DNA of 64,000 bases from a candidate division WS6 bacterium OLB20 (lineage in GTDB: Bacteria > Patescibacteriota > Dojkabacteria > B142 > OLB20), in NCBI GenBank assembly GCA_001567355.1, contig JYNZ01000003.1, forward strand, positions 179,991 to 243,990, given 5' to 3'. Positions 57,971 to 64,000 of the stretch are shown here, one piece after another (position 1 is the stretch's first letter; each line of letters begins with the position of its first letter). A program made the position numbers and the translations under genes. The notes below the pieces were generated by a model, which was not told the DNA's origin, made no database searches, and saw nothing but the letters and a program-made list of their open reading frames with translations.

Positions 57971-60574
57971 ATGGCAGACGATACACAGATCACCATGGGA
58001 CGGGACCGTGTCCGTGAACAAAGCATTACTCATGAGATGCGATCCAGCTATATCAACTACGCGATGAGCGTTATTGTCGCCCGTGCTCTGCCTGATGTTC
58101 GTGACGGACTCAAGCCCGTACAGCGCCGTATTCTGTACGCCATGTACCGTCAGCAGTTCCTGCCCAACGGTTCATACAAAAAATCAGCCCGAACGGTCGG
58201 AGAGGTTATCGGTAAGTATCACCCGCACGGAGACACCGCAGTCTACGATGCCATGGTCCGTATGGCACAGGAGTTCAGCTACCGCTATATGCTGGTAGAC
58301 GGTCAGGGTAACTTCGGATCAATAGACGGTGACAGTGCCGCAGCCATGAGGTATACCGAGTCACGACTTCATAAGAATGCCATGCGCATTCTGCGTGATC
58401 TCGAAAAGAACACGGTAGACTTCAGCCCGACATATGACGGCACCCATATGGAGCCGAATATCCTGCCGTCACTGCTGCCGAACCTGCTGCTTAATGGTGC
58501 AGAAGGTATTGCTGTGGGTATGGCAACAAAGATCCCTCCTCATAACCTCGGTGAGCTTGCTGACGCTATGATCGATATGCTTGGCCGTGGAAACAGCGCA
58601 GAAAATGTCGCGATCGACTACAGCTATCTCGACAGTATTAAGACACAGGCGGACCTGGATACACTTACTGATGAGCGTCTGCCGTCATTCAACTCTGACA
58701 TCGAGATCGCTGAGCTGTTAAAACATGTTCCGGGTCCCGACTTCCCCACAGGGGCAGAAATTTATGACCAGGAGGAGATTAAAAAAGCCTATGCAACCGG
58801 CCGCGGACGTATCCTGATGCGGGCAGTCGCCAGCATTGAAGAACTAAAAGGCGGCAAATTCCAGATCATCATTACCGAGCTGCCATACCAGGTAAACAAA
58901 GCTAATCTTGTTCTCAAAATAGCCGATCTGGTTAAAGACAAACGCATAGAGGGTATCTCGGACATCCGCGACGAATCCAACAAGCTTGGCATCCGGATCG
59001 TTATTGATCTGAAGCGTGATGCAAAGCCCAAAACACTCCTCAACAAACTGTACAAATATACCGAAATGCAGAAGGCATTTAATGCCAATATGCTGGCGCT
59101 TGTTGATGGTGAGCCGAAACTGCTTAACCTTAAGCGTATTCTTGAACTGTTTATTGAACACAGGCAGGAGATCATCATCCGCAGAAGCGAGTATGATCTG
59201 GCAAAGGCCCGCGAACGTGAGCATATCCTGGAAGGACTCATGATTGCGCTGGACAATCTTGATGATGTCATCCAGACAATCCGTGATTCTGCAGATGCTG
59301 ACGTTGCCAAGGCAAACCTGATGTCCAAATTCAAGCTGTCAGAGATCCAGGCCCAGGCGATTCTGGACATGCAGCTCCGCAGGCTTGCTGCTCTTGAGCG
59401 TCAGAAGATAGAAGAGGAGTACAAACAGATCAAACAGACAATCGCAGAACTGCTTGCCCTTATCAGCTCACCGGAGCAGATCCTCATAACAATCAGCACA
59501 GAGCTCGCAGAACTAAAGGAGAAATATTCAGATGCCCGCCGGACAAAGGTATTTAAGGGTAAAGTGGGCGAGATCAGCGAAGAAGATCTGGTCGCCAGCG
59601 AGGATGTGATTATCACGATCAGCGAGCAGGGCTATATCAAACGCATGAAGCAGGATGTTTACACTGTTCAGAAGCGTGGGGGCAAAGGTAAGAAGGGTGC
59701 CACCATGAAAGAGGATGACGGTGTCATGCATATACTCAGCTGCAATACCCACGATGACATCCTGTTCTTTACAAGCCAGGGACGCGTATTCACTCTCAAG
59801 GTCTATGATATCCCTGAGTTTGGACGGCAGGCAAGGGGACAGGCAATCGTTAACCTGATCAATACCGAGCAGGGCGAGACTATTCAAAGCGTCCTGACGA
59901 AAAGCGCAGAAGGAAAGATTTTCGATGAGGATGTGACGCAGGAAAACGAGGAGAAAACAGAGAAAAAAGAATACAAGTTTCTGTTTATGGCGACCCGCCA
60001 GGGTATTGTAAAAAAGACAGAGCTCGAAGAGTTTAACAATATCCGTGCTAACGGTCTGATCGCAATCAAACTCGGAGATGGTGACGAACTCGCCTGGGTC
60101 AAACCGACAACAGGTCACAACGAGGTTGTTCTGATCACTAAGAAAGCACGCTCGATCCGCTTCCACGAAGAGGATGTCCGCCCCACAGGACGGGCAACGA
60201 TGGGAGTCAAAGGTATTAACTTCAAGTTTAAGGGTGACGAGGTTATCGTGATGGATGTTGTGCGCCGCAACGAGGACCTGATACTCACTGTCTCAGAAAA
60301 CGGCTTTGGAAAAGTAACTGCACTCAGCGACTTTCCGACACAGAACCGCGGCGGTATGGGGGTATTTGGAGCCCGTGTTAACAGCAAGACCGGCGACCTG
60401 GCTACCGCACGCATCCTTGATCATCCTGAACTCGAGCTCCTGATCATGAGTGCTGACGGACAGGCTGTGCGTATCCCGACAAATGATCTTCCGCAGCGAA
60501 ACAGACAGACGTCAGGTGTACGGTTAATGAAACTGCCTGCTAAAGACAGGGTTACAGCTGTTGCAATTATCTGA
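57971..60574 (+). CDS. gyrA: DNA gyrase subunit A
   Basis: [34 protein letters not shown], the active-site Tyr region [10 protein letters not shown], and C-terminal beta-pinwheel repeats. By my base count the ATG sits at 57969..57971, so the track start may be off by 2 nt. Confidence 0.9.
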   Translation: MADDTQITMGRDRVREQSITHEMRSSYINYAMSVIVARALPDVRDGLKPVQRRILYAMYRQQFLPNGSYKKSARTVGEVIGKYHPHGDTAVYDAMVRMAQEFSYRYMLVDGQGNFGSIDGDSAAAMRYTESRLHKNAMRILRDLEKNTVDFSPTYDGTHMEPNILPSLLPNLLLNGAEGIAVGMATKIPPHNLGELADAMIDMLGRGNSAENVAIDYSYLDSIKTQADLDTLTDERLPSFNSDIEIAELLKHVPGPDFPTGAEIYDQEEIKKAYATGRGRILMRAVASIEELKGGKFQIIITELPYQVNKANLVLKIADLVKDKRIEGISDIRDESNKLGIRIVIDLKRDAKPKTLLNKLYKYTEMQKAFNANMLALVDGEPKLLNLKRILELFIEHRQEIIIRRSEYDLAKAREREHILEGLMIALDNLDDVIQTIRDSADADVAKANLMSKFKLSEIQAQAILDMQLRRLAALERQKIEEEYKQIKQTIAELLALISSPEQILITISTELAELKEKYSDARRTKVFKGKVGEISEEDLVASEDVIITISEQGYIKRMKQDVYTVQKRGGKGKKGATMKEDDGVMHILSCNTHDDILFFTSQGRVFTLKVYDIPEFGRQARGQAIVNLINTEQGETIQSVLTKSAEGKIFDEDVTQENEEKTEKKEYKFLFMATRQGIVKKTELEEFNNIRANGLIAIKLGDGDELAWVKPTTGHNEVVLITKKARSIRFHEEDVRPTGRATMGVKGINFKFKGDEVIVMDVVRRNEDLILTVSENGFGKVTALSDFPTQNRGGMGVFGARVNSKTGDLATARILDHPELELLIMSADGQAVRIPTNDLPQRNRQTSGVRLMKLPAKDRVTAVAII

Positions 60575-60720
60575 CCGGATGGTGTAACATAGGGACGTCT
60601 GATTCGTTAATCTATATAGTGAGAGCTAGTATATAACATGCAAAACACGCATCTCTGCAAGATGGTCATTAAGGCAACTTCCGGCTAACGAGGGAGAGAT
60701 GTTTGATTAGTGCTTACAAA

Positions 60721-60746
60721 CCTCTCTCACACGAGAGGTTTTTTAC
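60721..60746 (+). terminator. intrinsic terminator downstream of gyrA
   Basis: CCTCTC-tcacac-GAGAGG hairpin followed by TTTTTT. Confidence 0.4.
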
Positions 60747-60763
60747 TTTTTATTACTTTAATT

Positions 60764-61207
60764 ATGCAAGAGAACTCAAGACGAAAACGCATCATCGGCA
60801 AAATCGATGAGATTAAGCGCCAGATCGTTGATCTTGGTACTCAAATCGAACAGGAGCGCAATGAGAACAGCGAAGAGGATTCTGCTATCCGGCAGGAACT
60901 CCTCGACAAGCGCGAGATCCTCGAGCAGCAGATTTCCGAATTGCAGGTATCTCTTGCACTGACAGACAAGGCAGGAGACTTACCGGAAGGAATAGGCAAG
61001 ACGTTTACAATCGAAATGGGCGGTCATCCACGTGATCTGACAGTTGTGCTTCCTGATGAGGCGAACCCCTCGAAAGGCCAGATCTCAATCGACTCACCCC
61101 TGGCCCAGGCTTTAATCGGCAAAGCGGCAGGGGACACGATTACGGTGGAAACACCTGTAGGAGAGCAGCAATATAAGATCCATGATGTGGTACTGGCAAC
61201 CATCTAA
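60764..61207 (+). CDS. greA: GreA-family transcription elongation factor
   Basis: N-terminal coiled coil. C-terminal ISIDSPLAQALIGKAAGDTITVETPVGEQQYKI matches the GreA/GreB FKBP-like domain signature. Start at the ATG after the terminator (track start 60710 lies upstream of it). Confidence 0.55.
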   Translation: MQENSRRKRIIGKIDEIKRQIVDLGTQIEQERNENSEEDSAIRQELLDKREILEQQISELQVSLALTDKAGDLPEGIGKTFTIEMGGHPRDLTVVLPDEANPSKGQISIDSPLAQALIGKAAGDTITVETPVGEQQYKIHDVVLATI

Positions 61208-61278
61208 GCGGCAAATAGTCTTAAACGTTGAAGGAGCAGGGGATCCCCTGCTCCTTTCTTTTGCCCTCTGTCAGAACA

Positions 61279-62388
61279 CTAGTCGCGTGTTCGGTTTTTT
61301 AACGGGTGAAACTGCTTGTGAGTTTTCTCAGCCACTTTGTCGCTGGCGTGAACGTATTTACTGGTCGTAGACAGCGATGCATGTCCAAGCAGACGCTGAA
61401 TGATTGCCGGGTTGGCACCATTTTCTGCAATGTATGTTGCGAATCCGTGACGAAGGCTGTGAGCGCTGGTAGGCACCACAATCCCGAGATGAACTCTGTA
61501 CTGTTTGATCTTGGATTGTAGATAGTTTGTAGAAATCCTTACAACATACGGGTCCTTTGTCCCACTGCGGGAGCCTCTGTACGGGATGAATAATGCCGGA
61601 TAATCATCTTTACGGATAGACAGGTAGCGTTCCAGATAAAATGTGCAGCGTTCTGTAAGATAGACAAACCGCTGTTTACGACCTTTACCAAGGATGTATA
61701 TCTTGGAGTCGCCAAGGCCGCCGCTGTCCTCAATTTTCAGGTCTTCCAGATCCAGGTTGATAAGCTCCGAGATACGCATACCTGTCGAAAACAGCATCTC
61801 CAGCATTGCACGGTTTCTAAAGCGAACATTTCGTTTCTTTTCAAGTTCCTCCGGGGCCTCAACCAGTCTGATAAGCTCTTCAAGTTCGGCAACCTGGGTT
61901 TCTTTCTTTTCAGTTTTAATCAGCTTGATAGCGTCAGGAGGAACTGGAACATTCTGGTCACTGTCGATCAGAAATCTCAGATATGAGCGCAAGGCGGATA
62001 ACATGCGATTTACACTACGACTACTGAGTCTACCCGAATACATCGAACGCCTTCTAGAGCCCTTAGAGCTCGATTTTTGCTTATCGCTTGAGCCAGAAGA
62101 CTTTTCGGGTCCAATGTCTCCCCGTATGCGTTTGTACACCGGTAAATACGCTCCGGTTCGTAAAAATTCGACAAATCTGCTGAGATCCAGTTTATTCAGA
62201 TCATCAAATCTGATTGTCCGTTCAATCAGAAACGCAGCAAAGATCTCAAGGTCACGGCGGTAATTGTCTACGGTCTCCTGACTGTAGTTGGTATTGACGA
62301 GATCCAAAAAGAACTCCTCAATCAGTGGTAAATGGTCACTGAGATCAAAATCCTGTGTCAAACTGTCGTTGGAAGTAGTCTTATCCAT
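61279..62388 (-). CDS. xerD: tyrosine recombinase (XerD/XerC-like) with a Ser/Lys-rich insertion
   Basis: HSLRHGFATYIAENGANPAIIQRLLGHASLSTTSKYVHA is the R-H-R-Y catalytic box II. An N-terminal SAM-like core-binding domain. An about 35-aa low-complexity insert (SSGSSDKQKSSSKGSRRRS). Confidence 0.65.
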   Translation of the reverse strand: MDKTTSNDSLTQDFDLSDHLPLIEEFFLDLVNTNYSQETVDNYRRDLEIFAAFLIERTIRFDDLNKLDLSRFVEFLRTGAYLPVYKRIRGDIGPEKSSGSSDKQKSSSKGSRRRSMYSGRLSSRSVNRMLSALRSYLRFLIDSDQNVPVPPDAIKLIKTEKKETQVAELEELIRLVEAPEELEKKRNVRFRNRAMLEMLFSTGMRISELINLDLEDLKIEDSGGLGDSKIYILGKGRKQRFVYLTERCTFYLERYLSIRKDDYPALFIPYRGSRSGTKDPYVVRISTNYLQSKIKQYRVHLGIVVPTSAHSLRHGFATYIAENGANPAIIQRLLGHASLSTTSKYVHASDKVAEKTHKQFHPLKNRTRD

Positions 62389-63043
62389 TGTGCTGCAAGG
62401 ACTTTGGATGTTTAACATCTAAATAGCAGAAGTACAGGGGAGTAGCAGAGCGTAAAATCAGCAAATCCGTGATCTGAGCTTGCTGCAGGATGGTGATCCG
62501 GATTTTTGCTGTAATATTCATCGTAATTATTGTTTAATCAGGCGACATGTTCAGATTAACAGAAAATGCTGCAGGAGAGCCACTCACCCGTACTTCACTA
62601 TTGGAAACTGCATATAAGGGTGATTATACTCAGTTTATACTATCATTGTTGGGGTCTTGTTTCAAGCAAAGGAGCACTGTTCTCTTTGTACCTGCACAGT
62701 ATCTGCAGAACTCTATCAGACAGCTTTCCCTGTCAGTGAATTCTCGAGGGAGCTGCTGGAGAAGACACCGGGGGTTTGCTGATGTATACCTGACAGTACA
62801 CACCATCGATGCATATATCGATGTCTGCATATGTCAGTAAAATTTACTCAGTTTATCCACATCAATCGTAACATTATCGTATCTCAATCCTGGTAATGTC
62901 TCATAGTTTTAGGTTTCACAAAACTATAAGTCCCCTCCTCTGCCTTATGCCTGCAAAGTTTTCCTGCTCCGGTTTAATACTGCAGATAAGCAGCTACTGA
63001 AAGATACGCGGGGTGTGGAGATAATTCGAAGCTAGCAGGATGG

Positions 63044-63870
63044 CTAGACAAATGTACCGTTGATCCCCCACTCGGCCACGAGGATAAGCATAAGTACAAT
63101 CAGGACAAACAGCGAGAGATACTCAATCCAGATCCAGCGGCTGATGATATCCCGGATCTCCAGAGCAATGCCAAGGCAGATATACAGCACAAGGCTTAAT
63201 ACCAGGCCAGATACGGCGCTGCTACCGGCCACACAGAGAGAACGGCCGCTGCAAATATCAGAAGAACTCCAATGGCCAGACTGACGGTAAGCCGCTGATA
63301 AAAGTAAAAGTCGATACTCCAGAGAGCGATATACACGACCAGCGCACCTACAATATGAATCCCCGCAAGCCTGAACAGAAGAAAGATATCATTACTGAAA
63401 AACAGGAAGAAGAAGAAATACGAGATAATCAGAGTAAGTACAAACTGCGCCGCCCTGGCCGCCTGTCCCAGCGGGATGTCCTGCATATATGCCGCATTAA
63501 GGATGTTAACGGTCAGGAGCATCACGTAAGTGAAAAACCAGAAGAAGACAGCTGAAACAATCAGAAGACTTAACTGGCCGAGTTCTGAGAAAACAGTGAG
63601 AATCGCCAGCTCTGCAAACAGACTCACTGCAAACACGCCGATCGCCGGGAACATCAGTACCGTGATGAAGCGTTCTCCCGAGATCTTGAAGAAAAGCGCC
63701 CAGTAGGTTCCCAGATACACGAGCAGCGCAAGCACAAGCGGCTTGACAGGATCAAAGCTGAATTCGAAGTCGAGCAACAGCCGGAAGTCGGTCTGCTGCA
63801 GGATAATATACGCAACAGTCAGCAAACTTGTGACAATAGCGATTCTGGTTCTGGTGTTAATTCTGGGCAT
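63044..63870 (-). CDS. polytopic membrane protein, possibly frameshifted near 63225
   Basis: ORF 63196..63870 ([17 protein letters not shown]..., 6+ TM) ends ...[13 protein letters not shown]. The overlapping ORF 63044..63232 in another frame continues as hydrophobic helices ([25 protein letters not shown]...). Confidence 0.35.
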
Positions 63871-64000
63871 CGTGATTCTGATAATACCGCATTCCTTTTT
63901 CGGTAACTACCCTGCCCCTCGGGGTCCGGGCGATAAAGCCGGCCTGCAGCAGAAACGGCTCATATACATCCTGCAACGTTGTCAGATCCTCAGACAGACC
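63857..64000 (-). CDS. ruvB: Holliday-junction helicase RuvB, C-terminal fragment (5' end outside window)
   Basis: Minus-strand translation reads ...[37 protein letters not shown], the RuvB winged-helix C-terminus. The TAA stop overlaps the downstream ATG by 14 nt. Confidence 0.65.
   Translation of the reverse strand, partial: GLSEDLTTLQDVYEPFLLQAGFIARTPRGRVVTEKGMRYYQNHDAQN

Noticed and set aside
57961-58030. Apparent 2-nt discrepancy at the gyrA start (caaaaagc vs the track translation EQS)
   Set aside because: By my base count the ATG lies at 57969, and the printed run of five A's would break the frame. The supplied translation is continuous and clearly GyrA. I assume a miscount on my part, not a real frameshift.
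62853-62861. Perfect DnaA-box 9-mer TTATCCACA
   Set aside because: A single copy, with no cluster of further boxes or adjacent dnaA/dnaN. One such 9-mer is expected by chance roughly once per 130 kb of double-stranded sequence, so this is not evidence for oriC.
1-64000. CRISPR arrays, IS elements or prophage genes
   Set aside because: I found no direct-repeat/spacer periodicity, no transposase or integrase-with-att pattern (the only recombinase is Xer-like with housekeeping neighbours), and no capsid, terminase or portal motifs.

Overview
This 64-kb window comes from a compact bacterial genome of about 50% GC that uses the standard genetic code (TGA terminates gyrA, tyrS and others). Genes are tightly packed, with many 1-4 nt start/stop overlaps.

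Recognisable housekeeping genes include tRNA-Ser(UGA), tyrS, recG, uppP, a TrmH/SpoU-type methyltransferase, rsmD, rpmF, nusB, rnc, rpsP, khpA, a holB-like gene, gyrB, gyrA, a greA-like gene, a xerD-like recombinase, a ruvB 3' end, a two-component pair, and a small sugar-metabolism cluster (LmbE deacetylase, HAD phosphatases, ROK kinase).

The dominant accessory feature is a large type IV pilus (T4P) locus. On the minus strand it carries pilM-pilN-pilO (30.1-32.7 kb) and pilB-pilT-pilC-two tandem major pilins-pilD-two pseudopilins-a 560-aa modular pilin (44.0-53.7 kb). No secretin or pilP is present in the window. Between the two minus-strand blocks lies an 8-gene, translationally coupled plus-strand operon (33.4-43.9 kb). 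It encodes two giant cysteine-rich secreted paralogs (about 860 and 1449 aa) that share a conserved C-terminal module, four small membrane-anchored paralogs, and two further anchored proteins. None has a recognisable family assignment. This is the best candidate for an undescribed pilus-associated system.

A second candidate is the operon at 14.1-21.8 kb. It encodes a secreted protein, a C-terminally anchored surface protein, a polytopic membrane protein with carboxypeptidase-regulatory-like domains, and a 1392-aa fibrous protein built from poly-Gly tracts plus PE(T/S)DPVW / (I/L)(R/W)(Y/W)-x-G-x-x-(F/L)-x-(G/F)Y(N/D)GS(S/T) modules. A two-component system and a 610-aa unknown protein lie upstream of it.

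Other notable points are a TyrRS fused to an N-terminal B3/4 (tRNA-editing-like) domain, a PilT with a ~240-aa Pro/Gln/Ala-rich N-terminal extension, and at least five single-base frameshifts in otherwise intact genes (tyrS, pilN, giant paralog A, an alpha/beta hydrolase twice, possibly a membrane protein near ruvB). These point to indel errors in the assembly, or alternatively to real pseudogenes.

All functional calls rest on motifs I can read in the translations. No database searches were possible.
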